A stretch of 32,000 nucleotides of DNA from an archaeon GW2011_AR10 (GCA_000830275.1 CP010424.1:750001-782000); one strand, 5' to 3'. Numbered from the stretch's first letter, positions 1 through 10,625 are shown. Numbers and translations are program-made. Notes: generated by a model from the sequence alone, not told the origin.

Positions 1-1
1 C

Positions 2-118
2 TCTCTAAAGAAAGATGTTCTTGAGGGAATGAAGAGAGAAAACCCTTCAAACCTGTTTGGTTTTGTTGACCAGCATTTTGAATCATACTGCAATTGCGAG
101 TGCAGGAAAACACTTTAA
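2..118 (+). CDS. 3' end of an unidentified upstream gene (partial; C-terminus ...FVDQHFESYCNCECRKTL*)
   Basis: Frame 2 is open from the window edge to TAA at 116-118 (my own translation). It ends in a CxCxC motif, and the SD-like AGGGGG for sufC follows immediately. The fragment is too short to identify, and it could instead start at the ATG at 29. Confidence 0.25.
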   Translation, partial: SLKKDVLEGMKRENPSNLFGFVDQHFESYCNCECRKTL

Positions 119-130
119 GGGGGCTTTAAG

Positions 131-913
131 TTGAGCGAAAGCGTTCTAGAGATAAAAAACCTACACGCAGGAATTGAAGGAAAGGAAATAATCAATGGGT
201 TAAGCCTTTCGATTCACAGGGGAGAGGTGCATGCGGTGATGGGGCCTAATGGTGCGGGAAAAAGCACTCTCTCAAATGTTCTGATGGGCCACCCAAAGTA
301 TGAGGTTTTCAAGGGAAAGGTAATGTTTTTAGGAAAAAACCTGCTTGAATTGGAGCCTGATGAGAGGGCAAAAGCAGGGCTGTTTCTTTCATTCCAGTAC
401 CCTTTTGAAGTGCAGGGCCTTGCCTTCACAAAGTTCTTGCACGCTGCTTTCAAGGCAACCCATCCAAAAGAGAGCATTTCAATTCTGCAGTTCAGGAAAG
501 AGCTGCTGAAAAAGCTTGAAGAACTGCGCATGAAGGAAGAGTTTGCAAACAGGGAACTTAACGTTGGTTTTTCCGGTGGCGAGAAAAAAAGGGCAGAAAT
601 ACTGCAGCTCATGATGCTTAAGCCCAAGCTTGCAATACTTGATGAAACAGATTCAGGCCTTGACATTGATTCCTTAAAGCTTGTTTCTGAAGCAATAAAC
701 AAATTGCGCGGAAACGAGTTCAGCGCCATGGTCATAACTCACTACAACCGAATCCTAAAATATTTGAAGCCTGATTTCGTTCACGTGCTGGTTGAAGGAA
801 AAATAGTTGCTTCAGGAAAACAGGAGCTCGCAGACAGGCTTGATGAAAAAGGCTACAGGGAGCTTTTGAAGGAACTTGGAGTTGAGGAAAAAGTTGTGGT
901 GGTGGAAGGCTGA
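131..913 (+). CDS. sufC: Fe-S cluster assembly ATPase SufC (ABC-type)
   Basis: Walker [13 protein letters not shown] signature FSGGEKKR, Walker [13 protein letters not shown] and the H-loop ITHY are present. Length is 260 aa. TTG start is preceded by AGGGGG, and the stop overlaps the sufB ATG (TGATG). Confidence 0.95.
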   Translation: MSESVLEIKNLHAGIEGKEIINGLSLSIHRGEVHAVMGPNGAGKSTLSNVLMGHPKYEVFKGKVMFLGKNLLELEPDERAKAGLFLSFQYPFEVQGLAFTKFLHAAFKATHPKESISILQFRKELLKKLEELRMKEEFANRELNVGFSGGEKKRAEILQLMMLKPKLAILDETDSGLDIDSLKLVSEAINKLRGNEFSAMVITHYNRILKYLKPDFVHVLVEGKIVASGKQELADRLDEKGYRELLKELGVEEKVVVVEG

Positions 914-2349
914 TGAGCAGGAACGAATCTGTGAGAAGAGATAGAACAAAAGAAAAGCAGTTGACTGCAAGGGATTACTCAAAGTACAATTTCAGGAGCG
1001 AAACATCTGCTTACAAGGAGATTTTTGAGAAAGGAATAAATGAGGAAATAGTGAGGAAAATTTCAGCGAAGAAGAACGAGCCTGAGTGGATGCTTAAGCA
1101 GAGGCTGCTTGGATTAGAGGCATTCCAGCAAAGGCCTTTGCCGGAGTGGGGTGCTGACTTGCGCGGAATTGACTTTGATGATATCACTTATTACATGAAG
1201 CCAACCGAAAAAGCTGCTGAGTCATGGGATGATGTGCCAAAGTACATCAAAGACACGTTTGAAAGGATTGGAATCCCGGAAGCTGAAAGAAAGTATCTGG
1301 CGGGAGTTTCAACTCAGTACGAGAGCGAAGTGGTTTACCACAGTATCCGCGATGACCTTGAAAAGCAGGGAGTTGTTTTTCTCGGAATGGATGATGGCTT
1401 AAAAGAGCATCCGGAACTTGTGGAGAAACACTTTGGAACTGTTATCCCTTTCAACGACAACAAGTTTGCTGCATTGAACACTGCTGCTTGGAGCGGCGGC
1501 AGCTTCGTTTACGTGCCGAAAAATACTTCGGTCGATATTCCGCTTCAGGCTTATTTCAGGATTAACGCAGAGAGAATGGGGCAGTTTGAGAGAACACTTA
1601 TTATTGCTGACGAGGGAAGCAAGATACACTACGTGGAAGGCTGCACCGCGCCTCAATACAGCTCAAATTCTTTGCATGCAGCAGTGGTTGAGTTAATTGC
1701 TTTGCCGGAATCACACTTAACTTACACCACTATTCAGAACTGGTCCAACAACATCTATAATCTTGTAACCAAAAGAGCCGTTGCTTACAGGAATGCAGAA
1801 GTGCATTGGATTGACGGGAATTTAGGCAGCAAGGTGACTATGAAATATCCCTCAATTCATTTGAAAGGTGAGGGGGCAAAAGGAGAGGTGCTTAGCGTTG
1901 CAATGGCTGGAAAGGGCCAGCACCAAGATGCTGGAGCGAAAATCATTCACTTTGCGCCTAACACCACAAGCAAGATTACTAGCAAGAGCATCAGTAAGGA
2001 GGGCGGCAGGGCAAGCTATAGGGGGCTGCTGAAAGTAATTAAAGGGGCGAAGAATGTGAAGAGCAGTGTTGTATGTGATGCGTTAATGCTTGACGAGAAT
2101 TCGCGCTCTGACACTTATCCCACAATTGAAATTGACGAGTCCACTGCTACGATTGCACATGAGGCAACTGTTGGAAGGGTTGGAGAGGACCAGCTGTTTT
2201 ATTTGATGAGCCGCGGCCTGTCGGAACAGGAAGCACTTACAATGGTTGTGATGGGGTTCATCAAGCCCTTTGTTAAATCACTCCCAATGGAGTATGCAAT
2301 TGAACTTAACCGCTTGATTGAAATGGAAATGGAAGGGTGCGTGGGTTAA
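913..2349 (+). CDS. sufB: Fe-S cluster assembly scaffold SufB
   Basis: 478 aa, typical SufB length. The conserved C-terminal beta-helix region ([26 protein letters not shown]) is present, and the gene sits between sufC and sufD. Confidence 0.95.
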   Translation: MSRNESVRRDRTKEKQLTARDYSKYNFRSETSAYKEIFEKGINEEIVRKISAKKNEPEWMLKQRLLGLEAFQQRPLPEWGADLRGIDFDDITYYMKPTEKAAESWDDVPKYIKDTFERIGIPEAERKYLAGVSTQYESEVVYHSIRDDLEKQGVVFLGMDDGLKEHPELVEKHFGTVIPFNDNKFAALNTAAWSGGSFVYVPKNTSVDIPLQAYFRINAERMGQFERTLIIADEGSKIHYVEGCTAPQYSSNSLHAAVVELIALPESHLTYTTIQNWSNNIYNLVTKRAVAYRNAEVHWIDGNLGSKVTMKYPSIHLKGEGAKGEVLSVAMAGKGQHQDAGAKIIHFAPNTTSKITSKSISKEGGRASYRGLLKVIKGAKNVKSSVVCDALMLDENSRSDTYPTIEIDESTATIAHEATVGRVGEDQLFYLMSRGLSEQEALTMVVMGFIKPFVKSLPMEYAIELNRLIEMEMEGCVG

Positions 2350-2372
2350 CCCAGGCAATTGAGTGAAAAAGC

Positions 2373-3572
2373 ATGCAGGCAACCCAGTCTTTGGTGGAGG
2401 GAATTGAAAGGCACTCGATTGCAAGGAATGAGCCAGACTGGCTTAAGGAGTACAGGAAACGGAATGCTGAAATTCTTTCTATGAGACCACTCAAGAAAAG
2501 CCACTACTCTGATTTGGGAATGCTTGACTCCTTAATTTCAGTGCCCTCTGAACCACAAATAGGAATTGCCTTGCCAATGGAAATTGAAAGGCCTGGCATC
2601 AGAGTGCTTGAATGGGGAACTGCATTGAAAGAAATGGAGCAGGAAATCAGGAACGCGCTGGAAAAAGAGCAGACTCCAGTGGATCAGTACGAGGCATTCG
2701 CTAATGCTTGGTTCAACTCTGGTTTCATTGTTGAGGTAAGTGAGGGAGTTGACACAGGAAAAATTGTTGAGTGGGCTTCAATTATTGAAAGAAAAACAAT
2801 TTCAAAGGTTTTGGTTTTTGTTGGGGAAAATATTCAGGGAGTGCAGTTGTTGGAGCGCATGAAAGGGAGTGGCAACGCAGCGTTTTACTCCCAGACGGTT
2901 GAAGTGAGGGAATCCAGCAAGGCAAGCCTAGTGAGACTGCATGAGAACATCGATGAAAACACAATGCTATGCTATCAGCAGGCCCTAGTGGGAAAGGATG
3001 CAGAGCTCTTGAACTCAAATGGCTGGCTTGGTGGAAAAACGGTGAAAGGAGCAGTGGTCAATTCTTTGATTGGAAATGGCAGCGGGCTGAAGCAGTTTGA
3101 CTTCCTTCTTGCAGGCAGCTCGCAACGCTTTGAACTGAAACAGTCAACCCTGCACATTGGAACTGACACAAGCGCTTTAACGGTTTTCAAGAACGTGATG
3201 ACTGGAAGAAGCAGGAGCACTTTCGATGGCATGGTTAAGATTCTTTCTTCAGGCCAGAGGGCAAATTCCCTGCTGGAAGCTCACAGCATGATTTTGAGCA
3301 ATTCTGCAAGCAGCAACAATATTCCAGGCTTGGAAATAGAAGCAGACGATGTAAAGGCAACGCATTCCGCTACTGTTGCGCACGCAGATGAAGAACAGAT
3401 ATTTTACCTTCAGTCAAGGGGCATTACAAGGAAGAAGGCAGAGCACATGATTGTAAGCGGTTTTCTTGAAAGCGTGCTTTTTCAGCTGCCTGGGGAAAGC
3501 ATGCAAAAATGCATCTCGGCATTGGAGAAAAAATTCATGTTATTGAATGCAGGAAGTGCTGCAAATGATTGA
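2373..3572 (+). CDS. sufD: Fe-S cluster assembly protein SufD
   Basis: 399-aa SufB paralogue with the SufBD C-terminal motif (HSATVAHADEEQIFYLQSRGITRKKA), located directly after sufB. Confidence 0.85.
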   Translation: MQATQSLVEGIERHSIARNEPDWLKEYRKRNAEILSMRPLKKSHYSDLGMLDSLISVPSEPQIGIALPMEIERPGIRVLEWGTALKEMEQEIRNALEKEQTPVDQYEAFANAWFNSGFIVEVSEGVDTGKIVEWASIIERKTISKVLVFVGENIQGVQLLERMKGSGNAAFYSQTVEVRESSKASLVRLHENIDENTMLCYQQALVGKDAELLNSNGWLGGKTVKGAVVNSLIGNGSGLKQFDFLLAGSSQRFELKQSTLHIGTDTSALTVFKNVMTGRSRSTFDGMVKILSSGQRANSLLEAHSMILSNSASSNNIPGLEIEADDVKATHSATVAHADEEQIFYLQSRGITRKKAEHMIVSGFLESVLFQLPGESMQKCISALEKKFMLLNAGSAAND

Positions 3573-4782
3573 TGTAAAGAAGGTAAGGAAAGACTTCCCT
3601 ATTCTGAAAAGAAAAATCAATGGCAAACCTTTTGTTTACCTTAACAATGCCGCAACAACCCAGAAGCCGATTCAGGTAATTGATGCAGTTGCAGATTTCT
3701 ACAGAAACCATAATTCATCAGTGGATCGCGGCCTCAGCACCATCAGTGCAGAAGCCATTGATATGTATGACAATGCAAGAAAAAAGGTGGCAGGATTTGT
3801 AAATGCAGAAAAAGAAAACCTTGTTTTCACCAAGAACACAACAGAGGCAATCAATCTTGTAGCATACAGCCTTGCTTTTTCTGCTTTGGGAAAAGGTGAC
3901 GAGGTTGTGCTTTCCAAAATGGAGCACCACTCCAATCTTGTGCCGTGGCAGCAGCTAGCAAAACTTAGGGGGTTTAAGGTGAAGTTTGTTGGCTTGAAAG
4001 AGCATGGAGAACTTTCCTTGCAGGAATTTGAGAAAACTGTGAGCGATAAAACAAAGGTTGTTGGAATAGTGCATGCATCAAATGTTCTTGGCACAATAAA
4101 CCCTGTCAGGGAAATTATTGAAATCGGTCACAGGCACGGTGCGCTTGTGTTGGTTGACGGGGCCCAAAGCGCGCCAAGCATTGAGGTTGACATTAAACGA
4201 ATGGGAGCTGATTTTCTTGCATTTTCTGGCCATAAAATGCTTGGCCCAACAGGAATTGGCGCGCTTTATGCAAGGCAGGAGCTGCTTGAAGAAATGCCGC
4301 CTTTTCTTTTCGGCGGTGGAATGATAAGCGAGGTTTTTTTGGATAAGAGTAGCTGGAGGAAGCCGCCGGCAAAGTTTGAGGCAGGCACGCCTAATGCTGC
4401 TGCAGCAGTTGGCTTTGCTGAGGCAGTAAAGTACTTGCAAAAGCTTGGAATGAAAAATGTTGCACTGCATGAGTCAAAGTTAACCAAATATGCGTTGGAT
4501 ATGCTTCACTCAATTAGGGGCATAAAAATTTATGGGCCTGATGCGCAGAAACGCATTGGAATTATCGCATTCAATGTCGGCAGAATTCACCCGCATGACA
4601 TTGCATCAGTGCTGGACGAGCACGGCATCGCAATCAGGGCAGGAGACCATTGTGCTCAGCCGCTAATGAGAGAGCTCGGCATTATTGGAACTGCGCGGGC
4701 AAGCTTTTACGTTTATAATTCCAAGGAAGAGGTTGATGCGCTGGAAGGAGCACTAGTTAAAGCGCAAAAGCTTTTGGGTTGA
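3565..4782 (+). CDS. sufS: Cysteine desulfurase SufS (group II, PLP-dependent)
   Basis: PLP-lysine motif FSGHKMLGPTG and the group II catalytic Cys loop RAGDHCAQP are present. The ORF opens at 3547, but the ATG at 3565 (MIDVKKVRKDFPIL) matches typical SufS N-termini. Either start overlaps the sufD 3' end. Confidence 0.92.
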   Translation: MIDVKKVRKDFPILKRKINGKPFVYLNNAATTQKPIQVIDAVADFYRNHNSSVDRGLSTISAEAIDMYDNARKKVAGFVNAEKENLVFTKNTTEAINLVAYSLAFSALGKGDEVVLSKMEHHSNLVPWQQLAKLRGFKVKFVGLKEHGELSLQEFEKTVSDKTKVVGIVHASNVLGTINPVREIIEIGHRHGALVLVDGAQSAPSIEVDIKRMGADFLAFSGHKMLGPTGIGALYARQELLEEMPPFLFGGGMISEVFLDKSSWRKPPAKFEAGTPNAAAAVGFAEAVKYLQKLGMKNVALHESKLTKYALDMLHSIRGIKIYGPDAQKRIGIIAFNVGRIHPHDIASVLDEHGIAIRAGDHCAQPLMRELGIIGTARASFYVYNSKEEVDALEGALVKAQKLLG

Positions 4783-4787
4783 CTTGA

Positions 4788-5201
4788 ATGAGCGAGAAAG
4801 AGATTTATTCGGAACTTATACTGGACCTTTATAGGAACCCTGTTAACTTTGGTTCTCTGGGGAAGGCAGACATTTCAGTTGAGGGAGGCAACCCTCTTTG
4901 CGGTGATGAGGTAAAGTTTGAGTTGAGGGTGAGTAAAGGAAAAATAGAGGAAATAATGTTCAGTGGCCATGGCTGTGCCATCAGCAGGGCAGCGGAGTCA
5001 CTTCTTACGGAAATGGTTAAAGGAAAAACACTGCATGAAGTGGAAAAGCTTACTGAAAAGGACATGTTTGGTTTGCTTGGAAATGTAATTCAGACAAGGG
5101 TTAAGTGTGCGTTGCTTGGCCTTGTGGTATTGAAGGAGGGAATACGGGCTTATGGAAAAAACCCTGAGAGGAAAGCTGTTGTAACGGGAATTAGAATTTA
5201 A
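4788..5201 (+). CDS. sufU: SufU/IscU-like sulfur acceptor (NifU N-terminal fold)
   Basis: 137 aa with three conserved Cys ligand motifs (NPLCGDE, GHGCAISRA, RVKCALL). It lies immediately downstream of sufS, as in SufS-SufU systems. Confidence 0.85.
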   Translation: MSEKEIYSELILDLYRNPVNFGSLGKADISVEGGNPLCGDEVKFELRVSKGKIEEIMFSGHGCAISRAAESLLTEMVKGKTLHEVEKLTEKDMFGLLGNVIQTRVKCALLGLVVLKEGIRAYGKNPERKAVVTGIRI

Positions 5202-5305
5202 TATGGTGAATGGCATTAATAATTAAACATTTATTGCTCATTTGCTATAGCAAACAGCATTAATTTTTGAGCATTAATTTGTTGTTTTGGGTTTAGGTGA
5301 ATTGA

Positions 5306-6472
5306 ATGAATTATGATGTTGCAATTATTGGTGCAGGTCCTGCTGGGGGTTCAGCTGCATTGCATGCGGCAAGGCTTGGGCTGAAAACAGTTGTTTTAGA
5401 GGAGCATGCTGTTGTAGGGGAACCAGTGCACTGCGGCGAATGCATTTCTGATTTGGCTGTCAAAAAGCTCGAGCTGAATGTTCCAAGAAAAGCAATTGCT
5501 ATGGCTGTTAAAGGAGTTAGAGTTATTTTTCCTGACAGGACTGCACCGGTCATTGATGAGGCAGGTTATGTGCTTGAAAAGCACGAGTTTGAGCAGTGGC
5601 TTGCTGAGGAAGTAATAAACGAGGGTGCAGAGCTCAGGCTTTCTTCAAGGGTTTCAGGCATTGAAAGAAGTTCAGGGCAATGGAAAATTGATGCAGGAAA
5701 CAATAAGGTCAACAGCAAAATCTTGATTGACGCTTCAGGTGTGCAAGCAGTAACTTCAAGGATTCTGGGGTTGAACCAGAGATTTGAATCAGTTATCGGC
5801 ATACAGCATGAAATGCTTGACGTTGAAACGGATGGATACCTTGATTTTTATATTTGGCCGAAGCTTGCGCCAAAAGGTTACCTTTGGATGATCCCAAAAA
5901 ATGGCGGGAGGGCAAACGTTGGTTTGGTTACCCATGAAAAAAATAAGGCCAAAACATTTTTGGAGGAATTCATTAAGGCGCCTGAGTTCCGCGGAAAAAA
6001 GATTGTTAAAACTTTTGGCGGGCTCATTCCCAGTTCGGGCCCGCTTGAGAAAACTGTTGGGGAAGGATTAATGCTTGTAGGGGATGCAGCTGGTTTTACT
6101 TCGCCGATGTTTGAGGGCGGCAGCCACCTCGGCCTCCAGTCCGGAAAGTTTGCTGCAGAGGTTGCAGCGAAAGCGGTTCAGGCAAACAATTTTTCCAGAG
6201 ATTTTCTGCAAAGTTATGAGGAGTTGTGGAAAGCTGAGTTCCCGCCATACAGAAAAATTGTTGAAGGAAGAAATGACCTTTACTCTTTCAGTGATGAGGA
6301 ACTGAACTTCATTGCAAAGCAGCTTCCGCAAAAACTTAATGGAATGAACTTTTTCAAGAAACTTGTTGTTGGTTTAAAAATTTCCGCGAAAAGGCCATCA
6401 CTTATTAAAAAGGAGCTTTTCTCTTCTTTTAGGGCGTTTGGTTACAGCCAGGCAAGGTTTTACGGTTGGTGA
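5306..6472 (+). CDS. Geranylgeranyl reductase family FAD-dependent oxidoreductase (likely digeranylgeranylglycerophospholipid reductase-like)
   Basis: N-terminal dinucleotide-binding motif DVAIIGAGPAGGSAA...VVLEE and a downstream GDAAGF motif. Size is 388 aa, typical for archaeal GGR. Confidence 0.8.
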   Translation: MNYDVAIIGAGPAGGSAALHAARLGLKTVVLEEHAVVGEPVHCGECISDLAVKKLELNVPRKAIAMAVKGVRVIFPDRTAPVIDEAGYVLEKHEFEQWLAEEVINEGAELRLSSRVSGIERSSGQWKIDAGNNKVNSKILIDASGVQAVTSRILGLNQRFESVIGIQHEMLDVETDGYLDFYIWPKLAPKGYLWMIPKNGGRANVGLVTHEKNKAKTFLEEFIKAPEFRGKKIVKTFGGLIPSSGPLEKTVGEGLMLVGDAAGFTSPMFEGGSHLGLQSGKFAAEVAAKAVQANNFSRDFLQSYEELWKAEFPPYRKIVEGRNDLYSFSDEELNFIAKQLPQKLNGMNFFKKLVVGLKISAKRPSLIKKELFSSFRAFGYSQARFYGW

Positions 6473-6473
6473 A

Positions 6474-7100
6474 CTAGCTTATTTCTTTTTCTTGAAGGTT
6501 TGAAAGCATTTCCTGAACCAGCTGGTCAATGTTGAGTTTTTCTTCCTCTTTTTTTACCCATTCCTCTGTTGCTTTTGTGGCTGGGTGCTTTGGCCCGAGA
6601 TAATCGCACATCTCAGGGCCCTTGGATATTTCAAATGAGCCAGTGCTGGAGGCAATTGCAACTATCTGCATTTTGTCAAGTGAAAGAAGGGGCCTTATGA
6701 CAGGAATTGAAACCGCCCTATCTATTACTGTTAGGTTGCTGAGAGTTTGGCTTGACACCTGCCCTATGTTTTCGCCTGAAACAAGGAACTGCATGCCATT
6801 CTTTTCTGCGATTCTTTCAGCTGCCCTGAACATTAGCCTTTTTGTGATGACAAAGTAAAGCTTGTGCTCTGTTTTCTTTGATATTTCCTCAAATGCAGTG
6901 CTCGTATCCGCAATGAAAAGCTTTCTTATTCCAATAAGCTTGCATAGCTTTTGCGCTTTTTCGATTGACTCTTTTCCTGTGAATTTTTCCGTTGAGAAAT
7001 GAACCGCTGAAAGCCCAATCTTGTTTTTTAGTGTAAGGAACCCTGCAATCGGGCTGTCAATTCCACCGCTTAAAAGGAGTAGGGCCTCGCTTTTTTCCAT
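6474..7100 (-). CDS. thiI: ThiI-like PP-loop ATP pyrophosphatase domain protein (no N-terminal ferredoxin-like/THUMP domains)
   Basis: PP-loop SGGIDSP plus the ThiI-type motifs SGENIGQVSSQTLSNL..ID...RPL and PEMCDYLG (the position of the ThiI catalytic Cys). Only 208 aa, and only 112 nt of non-coding DNA lies upstream before a divergent gene. Confidence 0.75.
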   Translation of the reverse strand: MEKSEALLLLSGGIDSPIAGFLTLKNKIGLSAVHFSTEKFTGKESIEKAQKLCKLIGIRKLFIADTSTAFEEISKKTEHKLYFVITKRLMFRAAERIAEKNGMQFLVSGENIGQVSSQTLSNLTVIDRAVSIPVIRPLLSLDKMQIVAIASSTGSFEISKGPEMCDYLGPKHPATKATEEWVKKEEEKLNIDQLVQEMLSNLQEKEIS

Positions 7101-7212
7101 AGAAAATCCTTGGCTGCATGTAATTAAAAGTTTTATGAATTCTGGGAGGTTTGCTTTAAAAATATTGTAAACAATTTATTATACGAAGCATATTGCATTA
7201 AAAGGCGGTTTT

Positions 7213-7521
7213 ATGTCGGAGTTCGTGGAAGTGGCAAAAGCAGATGACTTAATGGAAGGGGAAGGAAGGACTGTTGAAGTGAAAGGAACCCAGGTTGCGC
7301 TTTTCAAAAAAGGCGGAAAATTTTATGCCATTAACAACACCTGCCTTCATGAGGGTGGGCCGCTTGGAGAGGGTTCACTTGACGGGGATTTTGTTGTCTG
7401 CCCATTGCATGGCTGGAAGTTCAATATTAAAACAGGGGCATACGAGCTTAACTCAAAGCTTAAAGTGGCAAATTACAGGGTTAAAGTAGAGTCTGGAAGG
7501 GTTCTTGTATCGCTTGACTGA
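7213..7521 (+). CDS. Small Rieske [2Fe-2S] domain protein (NirD/ferredoxin-subunit-like)
   Basis: Rieske ligand motifs CLHEGGPL and CPLHGWKF at the canonical spacing. Length is 102 aa. Confidence 0.85.
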   Translation: MSEFVEVAKADDLMEGEGRTVEVKGTQVALFKKGGKFYAINNTCLHEGGPLGEGSLDGDFVVCPLHGWKFNIKTGAYELNSKLKVANYRVKVESGRVLVSLD

Positions 7522-7560
7522 CTCCCTTTTTTAATATTATTTCTGTCCTTTATAAGTAGC

Positions 7561-8277
7561 ATGAACAAGTCTCCGGCAGCATATTATCATGTTGGCGTTA
7601 TTCCTGATGGCAACAGGAGATGGGCTCATCAGCGTAACCTTCACCCCAGTGAAGGCCATAAAATGGGGGCAAAAAAAGGAAGACTATTTGTTGACTGGGC
7701 TTTTGCAAAACCAGAAATTAAAGAAATTAGCATGTACGGGTTGAGCGAGGAAAACTTTAAAAGATCAGAAGATGAATTGGACCGGCTTTGTGACATTTAC
7801 TTTGAAATTGGGAATAGTTTACTTGATGAGAAAGTTCTGCATGAAAAAGAAGTCAGGGTTAACTTTATTTCAACAAAACCTGAAAAACTTCCAAACAACA
7901 TTATTGAGGTTTTTGACGAAGTAAAGTCAGAAACAAAGTTTTATGGCAACAAGATATTGAACATCTTGATCGGTTACACTGGCCAGAACGAGATTCTTAG
8001 GGCCGTCAGCTCTCCAATGAACAGGGTAAAAAACCTTTTTTTTGGTTTGAATGAAAATGACCTTGAAAGGAACTTGGGGGTAAAAAACAGCTGTGACCTA
8101 ATAATAAGGAGTGGGGAAGAGGAAAAGGAAAGGGAAGCAAAGTCAGGCTTCCTTTTGTGGCAGAGCGCTTACTCGGAGTATTATCACATTAACAAGTTCT
8201 GGCCCGATGTAGGGATCAGGGACTTTAACATGGCATGGAATTATTTTCTCTCAATGCGCAGGCTTAAAGGACAATAA
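7561..8277 (+). CDS. uppS: cis-prenyltransferase / undecaprenyl-diphosphate synthase family (UppS)
   Basis: N-terminal substrate-binding motif IPDGNRRWA and the C-terminal RSGEE...SGFLLWQSAYSEYY motif typical of UPP synthases. Confidence 0.9.
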   Translation: MNKSPAAYYHVGVIPDGNRRWAHQRNLHPSEGHKMGAKKGRLFVDWAFAKPEIKEISMYGLSEENFKRSEDELDRLCDIYFEIGNSLLDEKVLHEKEVRVNFISTKPEKLPNNIIEVFDEVKSETKFYGNKILNILIGYTGQNEILRAVSSPMNRVKNLFFGLNENDLERNLGVKNSCDLIIRSGEEEKEREAKSGFLLWQSAYSEYYHINKFWPDVGIRDFNMAWNYFLSMRRLKGQ

Positions 8278-8320
8278 AAAACAACTTTCTACATAATTTA
8301 TGCTTTTTTATTTCGGTTTT

Positions 8321-8959
8321 TTATTTGAGGACTTTACCCGTCTTCATATACCACAAATACAAATCAAGTTCTCCTTGGCTTAAACCTGTTTTCCCACAGA
8401 TTTCTTCGAGTTGTTTTTCTATTTCCATGTATGTTTTCGGCGAAATTGTTTTTGGTTTTGTTTTCAAGAAATCGTTTTCGGACAGAACACTTAGTACATG
8501 CCTGTCGATTATTGCAACATTTTTAAAGCCAACATTGCGAAGGAAGTGACTTGCCTCCTTGAATCCTAATCCCTTGAAGTTTTCAACAAGCCAAAGTCTT
8601 GCCTCGTTTTCGTTGCCAAAAGACAGGACATTATCTTTTATTTGATAGTGATTTCTTGCACTAACAATGAATTCAGCGCGACGGTTATAGAACCGGTAAC
8701 CAAGTTTCCTCAGCTCAAAACTGAGTTGTCTTTCTGAAAGTTCTGAGAAGCCCTTAAAGCCTAGGCTGTTTTGGATTTTAATGCCGGATTCAGCAGATGA
8801 GTTCGCTGTAAGTAGGCAGAAGCAGAGCTCTGAAAACCACCTTTCATTGGACGAATTGAAAACTTCCTTGAATTCCTGCAGCCTGGCTTTCACATCTTTG
8901 CCTACAATGCCCTGCTTAAGGAAGTTTATTCGCTGAAGCAGTTCATTTCGCGGCATCAC
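8321..8959 (-). CDS. ogg: N-glycosylase/DNA lyase, archaeal Ogg2-type 8-oxoguanine glycosylase (HhH-GPD)
   Basis: About 210 aa. The helix-hairpin-helix region LGFKEASHFLRNVGFKNVAIIDRHV carries the Lys and Asp expected of bifunctional HhH glycosylases. The ORF begins with GTG at 8959, but the ATG at 8956 overlaps the ribH stop (TGATG) and is the likelier start. Confidence 0.72.
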   Translation of the reverse strand: MMPRNELLQRINFLKQGIVGKDVKARLQEFKEVFNSSNERWFSELCFCLLTANSSAESGIKIQNSLGFKGFSELSERQLSFELRKLGYRFYNRRAEFIVSARNHYQIKDNVLSFGNENEARLWLVENFKGLGFKEASHFLRNVGFKNVAIIDRHVLSVLSENDFLKTKPKTISPKTYMEIEKQLEEICGKTGLSQGELDLYLWYMKTGKVLK

Positions 8960-9366
8960 TTTGCCCTAGTTTTTTTCAGCATTTTTACCACCGTTTCAAC
9001 GCTTCTCTTTGCGTAGTCGTCAATTCTTTCCGTGGCCTGCTGCCTTGTCATTCTTGGCCCGGAAATGCCAAGCGAAACCGGCTTGTTGAACTCAAGGCCG
9101 AGATCCATTATTTTCCTTGCAGCATGCTGTGCAACAATTTCGTCATGGCCTGTGTCGCCTTCAATTACTGCACCGAGAGTTGCAATGCCTTCAATGTGCT
9201 TTTCCTGCAGCATTCTTTTCACTGCAATTGGCATGTCATAAACTCCAGGCACTTTTACAACATCCTCCACTGTTGCGCCTAGGAACTCTGCGTGCTCTTT
9301 TGCCCTCTGCAGCATCATTTGGGTTATTTCGTAGTTGAATTCTGATACCACCAAACCAATTTTCAT
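8956..9366 (-). CDS. ribH: 6,7-dimethyl-8-ribityllumazine synthase
   Basis: MKIGLVVSEFNYEIT...FLGA...VPGVYDMP...GAVIEGDTGHDEIV...LGISGP matches the archaeal RibH pattern. The ORF opens at 9396, but the ATG at 9366 is preceded by GGAGGT (complement of 9373-9378). Confidence 0.9.
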   Translation of the reverse strand: MKIGLVVSEFNYEITQMMLQRAKEHAEFLGATVEDVVKVPGVYDMPIAVKRMLQEKHIEGIATLGAVIEGDTGHDEIVAQHAARKIMDLGLEFNKPVSLGISGPRMTRQQATERIDDYAKRSVETVVKMLKKTRAK

Positions 9367-9399
9367 TTTTTTACCTCCAATGTTTTCATTTATCATAAT

Positions 9400-10532
<1,133 letters not shown>

Positions 10533-10625
10533 AAAGGGAAAAGGAAAAGAACTACTTAAAAACGTTATGTTAAATATTTTTGAGTAGCCTGTGTGGTTTT
10601 TAGAAAAAATAATCATTTTTGAAGG

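Noticed and set aside
214-735. 173-aa minus-strand ORF inside sufC, and similar long antisense ORFs (3699-4094, 4078-4470, 9509-9940, 9637-10086, 11294-11722, 17581-18075, 23956-24519, 30589-31215, 30938-31420)
   Set aside because: All lie antisense within genes that have strong conserved motifs on the other strand. Their translations are low-complexity, Ser/Leu/Cys/Phe-rich, without motifs. These are typical shadow ORFs.
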